DNA of 64,000 nt from Ophelia neglecta (Eukaryota). Made by a program: the position numbers and the translations under genes. A model generated the notes under the pieces. It saw nothing but the letters and a program-made list of their open reading frames with translations, was not told the DNA's origin and made no database searches. Of this stretch, positions 1-12,700 are shown in pieces (within the stretch, counting starts at the first letter, position 1; each line of letters begins with the position of its first letter). Location: assembly GCA_965285935.1 (NCBI GenBank), contig OZ260664.1, forward strand, positions 24,862,001 through 24,926,000, written 5' to 3'.

Positions 1-555
1 CAAGGACTAAACGTCCTTCTTTAGTGTGGCCTTTGTTGACTCTTTGTCGGCATCGAATCTAAACAACAATTTCATAAGTTCTCAAGATAATTTCACATTT
101 AAACGTGACTGAGAAATTTAATTTCAGATCTCCCCTTCATTTCAGAACTACAAGTACATGTATTTCAGTCTAAACATCCAAGAATGTGTTTTCTTAAGAG
201 CCATTGAAGTTACCATCATGCAATGAATGTCTTGTCTGTCTCTTGTGCGATCATCACATGAATACCATAACGGTTACTTAAGTCGTACATAATATTTTCA
301 GTGGATTTCATAAAACATAAGCTTATAACAGAGACGCTCTTTAAACCAAAACATGCATGCAAATTCAACAGCAGCATAGTGCCGAATTTTTCACTATTCC
401 GTGGCTTGCTTTTATCATTATAATATTCAACCCAATAATGTAATAAGCAGAGCCAGCCACCATGTTCAGGACTTGTAGCCTTCGTGAAATTCAGTTTTTT
501 TAGAGTTTTTTCCTAGACGTCCCAGGCTGGACATCAGGAGACCCGGAGGTTTGCC
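1..555 (-). other. dachshund 3' UTR (may continue beyond the window)
   Basis: Directly downstream of the stop codon. I saw only a variant ATTAAA (117-122) and no AATAAA on the minus strand. Confidence 0.6.
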
Positions 556-758
556 TTAAACGGCCTCGGTCTGTTTGATGACGGGGGAGTGAAGGTAACC
601 ATTGGTCGAGCTACAGGTAGATACCTTGGGCTGAGCCGAGGCTTGCAGGTACGTCTCCATCAGGTTCTGGATTCCACTCGGTGCTCTCGGGGGCTCGGCC
701 ATCTTCCTATCGCTGTCTGAATGGCTGCGTTCGTTTTCGGAATCCTGAGTGACAGATT
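556..758 (-). CDS. dac: dachshund terminal coding exon 9 (ESVTQDSENERSHSDSDRK...IKQTEAV*)
   Basis: Acceptor tcttgtctgcttacag, phase-1 entry, TAA at 556-558, followed by AT-rich 3'UTR-like sequence. Confidence 0.8.
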
Positions 759-3700
759 CTGTAAGCAGACAAGACATCGTGGGTAGAGTAGTGAGCCCGG
801 AACACATGCATCTGGATCAGGACAGGGCATGCGTAGAGCTGCCAATGATTCAGTAGCTGCCTGAATTCCAAATGACAGACTTGACATTGTTCATTTGAGC
901 TAAGTATCATCGCTGAAGAGCATGGTCTTCTTCATTGAGTATCGATATTCCACGTACGACAAGCCCATAGCCAAACTATAGATAAACCAGAAGAAGTGGA
1001 TATTTGTTATAATAACTTGAAGCATACGCTAGAAGAGCGGGGTTGAATTTCTAGGCTTTTAGTCGTGGTCTATATGCATGGCTATGGACTTGACTCGCAA
1101 GAGGGTCGGACTTTCTTATTCTATTTTGAAAAATTGATTCAAACTATAATATCATGATGTCCATTTGGGTTGTAGCTCTTACCATTCAACATTCTGAGAT
1201 TGTCCTGAGTCTGTTTGATGTGATCGTCGACGCTGAGGGGGAGGGGGTGCTGGGGGATTGGCCCGCAGTGCTCCAGGGTCTCCAGCTGCTCCTGAAGCCT
1301 TCGACGGGCCTTCTTCTCCTTCTTTAGACGCTTCTGTAGTATGCCTGACAAGAAAGCACATCTTATTGTATTCATGTCATACGACAATTATGGGTTTGCA
1401 TAACAGGTGGGCACATAACAGAATATCGACATAACCATAGAATTCCTATTCTCAGATAAAAGTCATAATATAACATAACAGTATATATAACCATAGGGCT
1501 AATACGCCGGCTCTAATATGTAACGTTTATAGCCAGGTTCATATCAGATCATTTAAGCACGTTGGAGAACACGGCCAATAAGTAAGATGACTTTTTACAT
1601 AAGAAAAAGGTTAGGCGTACATATAATTTACGACTTTCCTCTTAGACCGATTAACGTCAACTTTCAAACGCAAATTTTTACCGTTATCAATATATTCGAC
1701 TCCGATTCATGTAATTTATTTCGCATGAATCTTCATTTTTGTCCATCGACAATTACAACACATAAAGTGTTATTTCTTCTTTTTCATTTATTATCTTTTT
1801 TAGTGATAAGGGAGTATACTAGTATTTGACATACTTCTGGTGTTGTGTTCTTCCATTAGTTGTTTCTCAATCGACTGCCTCAGTTCTTTTTCTTTCAATA
1901 TCTCCATTTTCAAGTCGGCTACAAAATATGGAAAAAAAATCAAATTTAAATGAGAGTCACTTTCGTAAGCATTAGATGTGTTGGTCAATTGGAGGTTTAA
2001 TGGTGTAATAGATACAATTCAGGTCAACATAACAATACAACGACTTTGGTGTTAATTGAACAGGTAGAATTGTTGTACGTTATCAACTATTCATTCTGTT
2101 ACGAATTTCCTGAAATATCAAATAAACATGGACATATTAGGATTATATAGAGGCGTGAAATAAGTTCTATGGATTTGAGGTATTGGTGTGAAACAAGAGC
2201 TGTGAATTGGCAGAAATGGTAAACCGCCAACCAGGTTTGTATTACAACTTAATGCAGAGGCATGCCGCAATGGTATTGTTGCAAACACACCGTATCCTTT
2301 GTGCGGTTGAACGAAGACCAACAAACTAACAAATTCAATATGTTAACAGGTATCGAATCAGTCCCCACACTTGAAACGCTAACTTTTTCTCACATCTTAA
2401 CTGCAGGCAGACACGGGGGTTTATTTGTCAGACGTGTATCAATTCTATTTAAATGGTATAAATGTTTGGATACTTGGCGCGGAGTGTTTCCTTTGCGAGG
2501 TCTGTTCCTTCCTGCTGAAGCCGCAGGCAAAAGAATCACACAAAAACCAATCTATTTGTTACAGTAGATTTGCAAATGTACTTTATTGATGTCTTTTTCG
2601 GCAATTGCCTAGGTCAAGAAGACGTGTTTGTCTGTTAGCATTGTTTGCAGACGCTGCTACGTTTGACACAACGCGCTTGACTCCCATTAGATGGTGTCAT
2701 TGTTATTTTCATATGTGTGGCTCCTTTCATTCAAAAACCAGCCTTTTGTCGTGCATCTTGTTATAGAGCGCGCTCTTGAAAGCCATACATACAAAACATT
2801 GCAAAGAAATCCATTTGGTAATAACAATCTCAGCACAACATTTATAAGCAATTGTTTGACAGAGGACAATTCAATCCCATCATGCCTCAGTCGACAGGAA
2901 AGGCATCCATTACCTCGGCTAAATGAATACACGTCTGATTGTCTCCAGTGGAAAGTATGAGTGATTTCTCCTGAAATAAAATTGATCCACAGGTAAGAAA
3001 ACCAAGGTAAAATAAGTCACTATTGATAATCAAGGGTGGCCGATGAGCACAGCGAGTGGCTGGAAACGGAGACTCCAGACTATACAGTCAAACCACTTAA
3101 CTGGCAACTTGATCTTTTTATTGAGCGAAGAGCATTGTAGGGTCAAAGACGAATCCAGTCTTTGTTTGAAGCCCATTTTTACTGGAAATGCTGCTGTCAA
3201 ATTATCAGCTCTCTGGCAGAAACCTCGGACAAAATAACAAATAATAAGCTTACTTGCTGAAGAGGCTTGTTGAAAAAAGATAAACTACCTTTATATACAA
3301 CGAATTGGAAATAAAATGACTTATATATCACTGGAGAACCGACATTTTATTGTCACAACACGATTCTCTCTTGCAATATATATCAGAACCGTCCACATAA
3401 CACCGCGAGTAAATGTATCAACAGTTACAGTAAAACCTAACAACAATTATGTCAATAGGCTTTCTTCAAACACTGGTTATGCCATGGATGAAATCCACAT
3501 TCTTTGGATGTAAATATGACACAAGAATTGTTCTCTTTGATTGAAGAATAGACATTTTTACAACTCCCAGACTCCATACTTTTGGAGAATGCTGTTTCAT
3601 GTTACTGAAAGGAGGATAATGGAAAGGAAGGAAAGAGAATGTTTTATTTTGTTTGTTTTATAAAGTGGATTTGGTAACATTTCATGTGAAGCGTATTCAT

Positions 3701-6700
3701 ATTTGCGGATGTTATAAAGTTTCTGTATTGATGAGAGTAATTCAGAGTGGAAGCAGCGTTACTTGTGTTAAAAGATATTGAAAACCCGGTAACGGTTCAA
3801 TCTACTTCTTCTTAGAGGCACCAGAAAGTTGACCTGGTGCCAACGTTTCTACATGTCGAAGCAAGCAACATCAGAAGACAAAACGAGGTTGTTTGCTGAC
3901 AGCATCTTCAGCTTGTTGCCTACAGGAAGCCAATGCAGGATAGGCAATTGCCTGTTTGCTTTCCAATGATTGCAATCTTTCAGGTGATCTTTGGAGGAAA
4001 AATACCTTCCTTTGAAAAGAGCACGACTTAAATCAACTGGAGCCGAACAAACAATAGACCATCTCTGGGCTGTCAACTTGGAGAAGCATCCGACGTGACT
4101 CAGATTCAAAAACCAATAAATTCTTTCTCATTTTCCCAAAAGTAGTCACATCGTAGGGCCATTCGATACATTTCTGCAAACTTGTGCTCCTGTTCAACCT
4201 GTGATTGTGGTATTGTTCGGGTGAGAGCAAACTGCCACAAATGCGCAGACCTTTCCGGAAGGCGTATCGGCAAAAAAAGACCACGGTAGGAAGCGGCGTG
4301 GCCACCACGCGTCTGACTGTCATCTGTTTCCGGTCGGCCCCTTACCACACTCAGGCTGTGTAAACTGACTGCTGGGTCCTACAGAAGCGACGGACGGACC
4401 ATTTTCATCTGTCAATAACGAGTGCTGGGCTCTAGGGTGGGAGCAACAAATAGCACCAAAGCGGCTTCTTTCTGTGACAGCATGCTCAAGTATTGACGAG
4501 CAATTAGAGACCATCTCAGACTATTCCATTGCTAAGTGATGTTGATCTATGAACGGCCATTGGTGAAAACCATTCAGACGACGAGAGCATTGATCGTCTG
4601 GCTGTGAGCCGCTGAGAGCGCAGTCACTAAAGTCAACACCTCACAAAACTCATTGAAAGTAACAAGTGGATGCTGAGAGCTGGAACTATCCTCAATGAGA
4701 ATGTTTAAAAAAAGGAGAAACATGACAAAAAGTCCGAACCAAAAAATAGGAAATGTGCTGAGATTCCATTTTTAACGATATTGAGTCTAAAGCATTGGCA
4801 ATTTATTTCATTGTTGTATAGCCTACAGGTTGTATGCCGACATCTAGGCCTCAACTTATAAATGTTGAAAGATGAATTGTCCATCAGGACTAATTGTATT
4901 TTAAGGTCCCCAAAACGGTATTATAGTGAGCCGTTTAAGCCTAAAGATACTGGCTAAAGCTGCCTGAATCCTTCTTAATTTGGAATTAGAGTAAGAGGAA
5001 TTTCAATATTCGGCATGAGCAATAAATGCCAATCTAAAATGATGTAGGCCCATAGCAAGTAATGATTTTCAGTTCATAAAAACAAACAAAATGGTAAAGG
5101 AAAATATCAAACTATTTTGAACGTTTTTATTCATGGTCATCTTTTCCGAATAGCATGTCTGCAAAATAAACAATAAATAACTCTCCAAATATTAACTTGG
5201 ATTATATTGTCAAATGATTTATTTTTCAAGATAATTATGGCACAAATGCCCGCAACACAGGTGCGTGTGCCATTTATATATGTTTTAACTGAGACAGCAA
5301 ACCATAAAACACAAGCAAAAAGCACGCGGTTTTACCATGAGGCGGCGAGGAAACATTTGCAGGATACAAGGCTCTTGCCATGCTTGCTTTGTGGTTCCTC
5401 GTGCCCACAGTCAAGCCCCGTGCAAATATTAAATACCTTAGGCAAATACCAGAAAATGTTGATTTACAGATGTCGATAAACAGCAATATTTCCCGTCCAA
5501 TTAATGATATTGATGGTTGTCGAGTCACTGTGGGAATTCCAGTTTGCTTGGGTATCGACGGGTATAAATCTAAACCCAATTTATAAAGCAAAACCACATG
5601 TCTCCAACCCCAGGCAATGTTTATTGTTCACGGTATTATTGACAATAGGCAAAAAAGTCATCATAATAATAAGTTTATCGACTTAAAAGAGCCTCGTTTA
5701 AGTCCCTAACAAAAGAGTCATATATATATATATATATATTGTTCTGATGTCTCGTTCGGTCACACCATAAGTGGTCACTGTGTAAATGCCGTTACATCCT
5801 CTGTCAAAGGTTAAAGAAGGCTACACAAATTGAAGATTGATTCTCGGTTCAGTTGAACTATATACATGTACTTCTGCTGCGATGTCGCGATGTCTATTCC
5901 AATCACGTAAATATAGGTCAAGGTCAATGATGACCCGCCGGAAGTCTCAGCGAACCGATTGCCTTTGGTTGTTTATGAATGATATGCTATATGATAGGCC
6001 GGCTTTATGCATTCCGTAAGTGTAAATATATATAAATATATATAGAGGTCAGTTTATAATCAAAATCTATTTCACAATATGGACCATCATCTGTTAAAGA
6101 AAATAATGCCCTTGCTATGCTGCTTGTCTTACATCACATGTCCCTAGACCTTCGCCTAGACCCATGTCCACGCCAAGATATATGTAAGTCGGTTGGGAAG
6201 GTGGGGTGATAAATATAAGCAAGGAGTCAGATCTGTGAAGTTTGCGGCCTAGCATCTGGTGGATGAAGGACCATGGAGACACCATCCTCCTAATCCCCGT
6301 ACACCTGTAGCAAATCTCCCCTGCTCTGATTTACGATCAATACAACTAAGCCCAAGTTGTAGCCGGCTTGGAGAAGGGCCCTGTCAGGGCACGGAAAATC
6401 GCTTTCCCTTCAGCCTACCCTACCCAGATGAAATCATATTTTCGATGGGTTTAATCACGATTGTGAAACGCGGCTATCTCTTTATGGGGAGTTATAAGAA
6501 CTCAATTACGACAGTGATCTGCGGCTGATAGCTAAATTACAAGTTGTAGCAGTTGACACAGCTCGCCAGCGCCGAAGATGTTAGGGGTCAGTCGCAGCCA
6601 GTATCATTTGTATTGATTAGCAACAAATCTTGCTGGCAATCCGCGAGTCCGCTGACAAAAGTATGATAGGCCAAATCCGCATTCCGTGATTTATCTCCGT

Positions 6701-9700
6701 CCTTCTACTCAACCCCGGTTTATATTCATGCGTGGTATTCATTCTGATGAAATAATAACATTGTTTTGATAAGTCCAATTGAAAACTATCACCAAGAAGG
6801 ATTTAGGCGAGGCGGCGTGGATGATGGGGGTCCTGCAACCCAATCCGACATTAAATCGTCAAAATGCTCAGATATGTATTTGTCTTTATTCTTGGCCGGG
6901 AGACTTATTGTGCCTTCCTGAGCCCCCCTCATTTATCTTGCTGCAAAAGCTTTCGGATGCCGCAGGAACCGGTGCCAAGTTCAAATTATATCCAGTAAAA
7001 TATTCATGGAGCACAATGATTGGGATGGCTTCTTTGGTTGAACACCATTTTCTTAGATTTATAGAAATGATCAGTTGCAGACAAGGCAACAACTTATCAC
7101 CATTGGCTGATATTATGCCATATTTTGTTGTCTAGATACGGACACAAGAGGGGAGAGGTCAGGAAACTTAGTTATCCCAAGAAATTGGGAGCATTTATAA
7201 CGGTAGAACTGTAGATTTTGATATTTCCATTCGGTGACTCTGGATGATGAATTGCTTCGCTTACACTAAATTACACTGAACACCAGTTATATTGACGTTA
7301 TTACTCAGTTGAAAATATCTAGTTTACTGGTGCAAAAGCATCTTAGGCAAGCTAGGCTCTAAATATGTGTTTAAAACATAGCTATGAATCGCCCACCTTT
7401 ATATTACCCCCCCCCCCTTCCCCGCCAAACCCCACCCCAAATCTACTACAATATAACTCAAGGACAGGACAATGGGAAACATTTCAATTCGCATGTATTT
7501 TTTTTAAATTGACAATGTTGGCGTGGTGTTTATATTGGTCTCAAATTCCATTTTGTCATGCTATATATTGGGCAGGTATTTATTGCATCGTAAAACTTCA
7601 GTGTCATACCTAGGTATATGTGCAAAATGTGAGGTTTTCCTTTCTTAAAGTTTTATGTACGTGAGAATAGTCATGCAGGTGTATTTAGGTACCAGTCAGA
7701 CATTTTATCATACATACAAGTATATGCCTACAGTGAAATTTCTCCTCTTATGCTACCAAATTGACCAATAAAAGTTACTTAGAGGTGCAATGATTAATAA
7801 TGATTAGTTCAATTTTCTTTTAGCCGTGAGTGAAATGATTTTATATTCTGGCGTTAAACCGAACTCGATTCTCAATCCCAAAACGCAGTTTCTAAACTCA
7901 TTACGGTTTCCTATATGTAGAGAGAGTGCAAAAATGGCTTTATTATTTGATTACTGAAAGCAAGTAATGCATCAGCCTGTATTTATCCGGTCCGCTGCGG
8001 TAGCAATGCTGGGCCCGAGGCCAATCGAGATGACGGTTCACGCAAACCTGTATGGAAAGATGAGAAAATATTCCGGCCCTTGGGGTGTCCTAGTCCTCCA
8101 TGAAATATTTTCATTTCCAAACAATGGTATCATCATCTGTCATGGTGTCTCCATTTATAGAATTATCGGTGGAGACCGCCTACAGGAGCGTTATAAAGGT
8201 GGCAGAGGGAACCTGATTTATCGCCCTTCTCTCGACAGGCCTCAATACAGTCCGAGCCAGCAACGACTAGCTGTGGATTTAATTTCAGAAATCGCTCTAG
8301 GACACTCCAACATTTTATTCTATTGGCAATCGGCAATTATATCTCCAGATTATCCCATACATCTTCGACCTGGGCGCTTTCTTTATGGCGATCTGAGACA
8401 TGGGAAGCAAGGAGCTTTCAGAAAACGCCACGACTCGGAAAAGGCAGCAACGCAGAGGTGGAAAATTAACTCCTCCAAGTGAATCTGCATTGCAAATGTG
8501 AAAACTGCATACACTATGTTCAAATGGACAACAATATCGCACTGCGTATGTGCCTCCAATTGCTTGCTAGGAACTAAATCTCCTGTTTGGAGTTTTGCAT
8601 ATATTACTTAATGATGTTTTTCAGTCAAATTATTCCGATATCAGATATCTAGCACTGTTTTAACACTGGTTGGCAAGTATAAACCGTATAAAACATGTTT
8701 TTCCTACGCGCAAAATTAACATTGTTTATCTAATGCGCCATAAGGTTAACAAAGCAGTTTAGAAATGATCATAGGTGAGTTTTCAAATCATACGTTAGAG
8801 GTCTTTCTAATTGTATTATCTATAGTAGTTTGATTGCCTGGATCTGGAAAAACTTGAAGCTTTTCAACCGAGCGTGGGATGTTCAAACAGTATTAATTAA
8901 ACAGATAAGAGGTTACAAAAGAGTCTCCGTTACTTTTTACAGTACGGAGTAAGTCGATACAGCAGGCAGTGGATGGCACGGACTCTTTGGTGTATATTGT
9001 TATGATCGAAAATTCTGGCTGCGACAAGATATTTTGGGTCTGTTGAGTACCATGCATTGCAATTGGAACGCGTCGAGTCGTGTCGTCTGCATGCTCCATC
9101 TCGCTCTTAAAGGGGCCGAAACGCCTTGTCAGCTGACCTCCGCACCTCGGCGGGGCTGATCTCTGTCATATCACCAGATGTCGGTGTCCGAGAGGAGAGG
9201 ACAATGCCTGGTGGCTCTACCAATCCAATTGTCTCAGATCTGTCGCCAGCTCTTAGGGCAATCTTCAGCAGTGTATTAGAAACCTTTCATCCAGTTGTAT
9301 GTGCATTATATGCTTGAGCCCATCCAGCCTTATGGAGCCTTTCCAGATATTGTTTCTCTTGGCAGCGCGGCCAACATAGATAGCGCATCTTTGGCTGCAC
9401 ACAGGGATGGACATTTCTTGGCTGGCACCTGGAGTGATTTCTCAAGTATTACATTTGGCTATAAGATTCCATTTGGCATCTCACCATCATGCTCAAATGG
9501 CAAGTCTTAATTGTTTTATCAAAACCAATAGGCCGTCCCTGCGTCAGAAGCCGTCCTAGCCGATAGCCAATATATGTGTAGGCTTGAGGTCATTTACCAT
9601 GGATCTCTTTTAGACCCTGTGAACGTTTTGTACCAAGAAGTTTTGCTAAGAAATGGTCAATTTTCCTACAAAAAAACTAGGCAGAGTTTTGGCTTCATAG

Positions 9701-12700
9701 TCAATACAAGGGTCTGTTGACACAAAGAAACCGCTTTGGTCGCGCTGTCTTGCCGCAATGCATGGACGGCTCGAGCTGTCCCACGGTGAATCGCTGTGCT
9801 CGTGGTTCCTCCTGCAGCGCCTGCTAGCAATGCCAATTACCTAGCAGAAGACGACGAGTCTCGATTGCAAGTTATCCTGTCTGGTTTGTCGCGCGGTAAT
9901 GATACGCAATGTCGTCTGCTACAAGACGTGCTCGCATCCCTCTTGTATCGTCAGAGTCCCTCGGAGACTATTCTCTGATTCACTTAGTCGTTTTCCATCC
10001 GAGGAGAATTAGAAAACAAATCAGCGGTAATTTGATCGGATCTACAGACGTTAGTAAATAGAGAATGCCTTAAGGGAGCTGGTGAGACAGAGATCTTAGA
10101 CAATATCATCTCGCCGAAAAAAGACTTCCCGGCCTAAAATGTCTGGTGAGGTCTCGCGTGAATGACAACAGAAACGAATACCACCATTAGCTTTCGACTG
10201 CTCAGCTGAGTTTACAGTGTGCCGGTTGCAATGGGGTTTTTAACTTAATATTGTTCATTAATGCATTGTTTGTAATTAGAAGAAAAACTGAATTAAATAA
10301 TCCTTGTCCAAAGGCCTATATCCGTGCGATTATTACCATGCCAGCTCAGGTGACCAAAAGAAGGTACAGCCACACCAAACTTAACGTGCAACAGGCCTGA
10401 CAGAATTTAATTTTTTTTCCAAAAACGTTGGTGTGCAGATTCATTACAAACTAAAGCAAGTTTTGCTTGGTGGTTAGTCTTCTTTTACTGCGTGCTAATA
10501 TAGGGCAGGTTTAGGCCTGATGATTGCCTAGCTTGGGTCAGTATGGCCCCGAATTTAACCTACCCCCATAGCCTACCACCTGCTCAGAATATGAAGGCCT
10601 TCCACTTCAACACGCCATTTTGAAGAAAACTAATGACTTCAAATGTTGCGTTTATTATAAGATATCAAAAACGGCCACTAACCTTTTTCTATGTGGATCT
10701 GTTGTTCTCGGTGTCGCGCGTTTTCTGCGGCCACTTTGAGCAGGCCCTGGATGTTCATGAGAAGGGTCTCGATTGAGGAAATTCCCGGGGCTTCGGCGGT
10801 CATCATTGGGGGGTTCATTCCGGGCAGGCTCTGGGTCGGTCCCCGCTCTGTCGACATACTTGTGGGCACACTGGTCGACAACACACTCCGATGAATCTCA
10901 TCTACACGGATAGAATCAGAATCAGATATAGTTTATTTTTACCCAAATACTTCAAATAAAACGAAAGACAATAATAATATATTAATGTAAACAAGCATAA
11001 ATATACACGCAAAGGTACATAGCAGGGAGAGAGAAGAGATTATAGAGATAAAAAAGAGAAGCGAAAAAAACAGACAAACAGACGGACAGACAGACAGACA
11101 GACAAAAGTGAACATGGGGTAAACTAACAGCTACAATAATCATCATCAAAAAGCATTGTATTGAACCAAGTCTACTCAAACAAAATGCGAATGACTGCAA
11201 ATATCTCCATAACAATATATCTTATATAAACTCGTCTGTTAGAATCTTCGAGCAAAGAATATGTATCGGTCCTATAGGAAAGCATCTTTACGGTTGAATA
11301 TAACTCCTATTCCTCAACGATAGCCAACATTCTTAAGTCGCTCAGTTACATTGTTAAATCAACGCCATTATGCTTAAATCCAGTTTGTGTTGGATAACTC
11401 ACAATGAAAGCCAAAATAATCTTTCTCATACTTAAGGTAAATATACCAAATAAAAAAACCCAAAAGCCAGAATGAAGCTTCTTTCATTTTACCAGTGTAG
11501 TTGAAACGCGAAGAGAAGTTATCTAGAAATAGACTAATCTTAGCCACGAAATTGTGGCTAAATAGACGTAAAATGGAGATATTGGCTCTAACAGCAATGG
11601 AATCCAATTATTGTAACTCTTTTCCGTGACAATCATATTAGGAACATAAAAGGTGCGCGAATTTGCCGAGTGTGAACCAGCGCCAAGTTGAGTCACTATG
11701 GTGGCAAGGAAACATATTGAATTTATCGACTGATTCTGTTAAACGCTTTCTCAGTCAATTTGAAGACAATCATTAATGGATGAATTGCACTTTCTCGCTG
11801 CTAACTATTTCCCCTAGCTCGCCAATTGTTTGCCTTTGTACTTCATCTCCAAACTTAATGCTCTGTAGAGCTGATTAGCAATTCTAACCAACAGGAACAG
11901 ACGACATTTTGTAAACGACTGCTTCCCGCCAAAGAGTAATATTTCATTTCCATAATTGCTTACATAGGTTAGAATAAATGCCAAACACTTGGAATTGAGT
12001 GAGCAGCTCCAGATCAAATGGATGTGGATATTGAGATTTGCTTGGGGTCAGGTGCCGAGGTTAGTCGAATTGTTACAATAGCTGTGCAATGTAACTATTG
12101 GCGAGTAGCTGAGTGCTAGAAGTGGCTGCTGCCGACGTGAACCAACGGTAATCCGCGAGGTTTACTGTTTCACCATTTTACATTTGGAGGAAATTACGCC
12201 GCCTAATAAATCATTCTTCTGTTACTGAAAAATCCCACATCACACGCCCGATAATTTTTCAATTCGGCAGCATTGCTTTTGCAAAAGAAAGTATTAAATT
12301 TGATATGGATGCAGACTTAATATGTTTTCTCTATTGGTACCAGATCTACACAAATCAAATCTGACAGGCTTCGTTGTTAACATGAGAAGTTTGGCCGCTT
12401 ATGAGAGAAAATTAATCTGAAATGAGCTAGTCTATACTGTTTTCACACCCCGGACCCTCTGGCTAGCGCTGCAGTGAACTTTGCTAAAACGTACAAGAAA
12501 GATCTCAAGCTGATTACCCGGCAGGAATAAAGGCTGACCGACTTAAACTCCACACTTGTGCAGATGAAAGTAATGTATGTTTACATGCTTGGCTGTACCA
12601 TCAGCGACTCGTACATAATTCTGAATACATAGTATTAAGAGTCTTACAAAGGTACTTGTACACATAACATTTACGTGTCCGCATCTATCAAAAATCATTT

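Noticed and set aside
7967-8482. 171-aa + strand ORF in intron 6
   Set aside because: No recognisable domain, random-like composition, antisense within an intron.
12245-12255. CGCCCGATAAT repeated at 35761, and several GGCGATAA 8-mers
   Set aside because: Many 11-mer duplicates are expected by chance in 64 kb, and the 8-mer excess is small.
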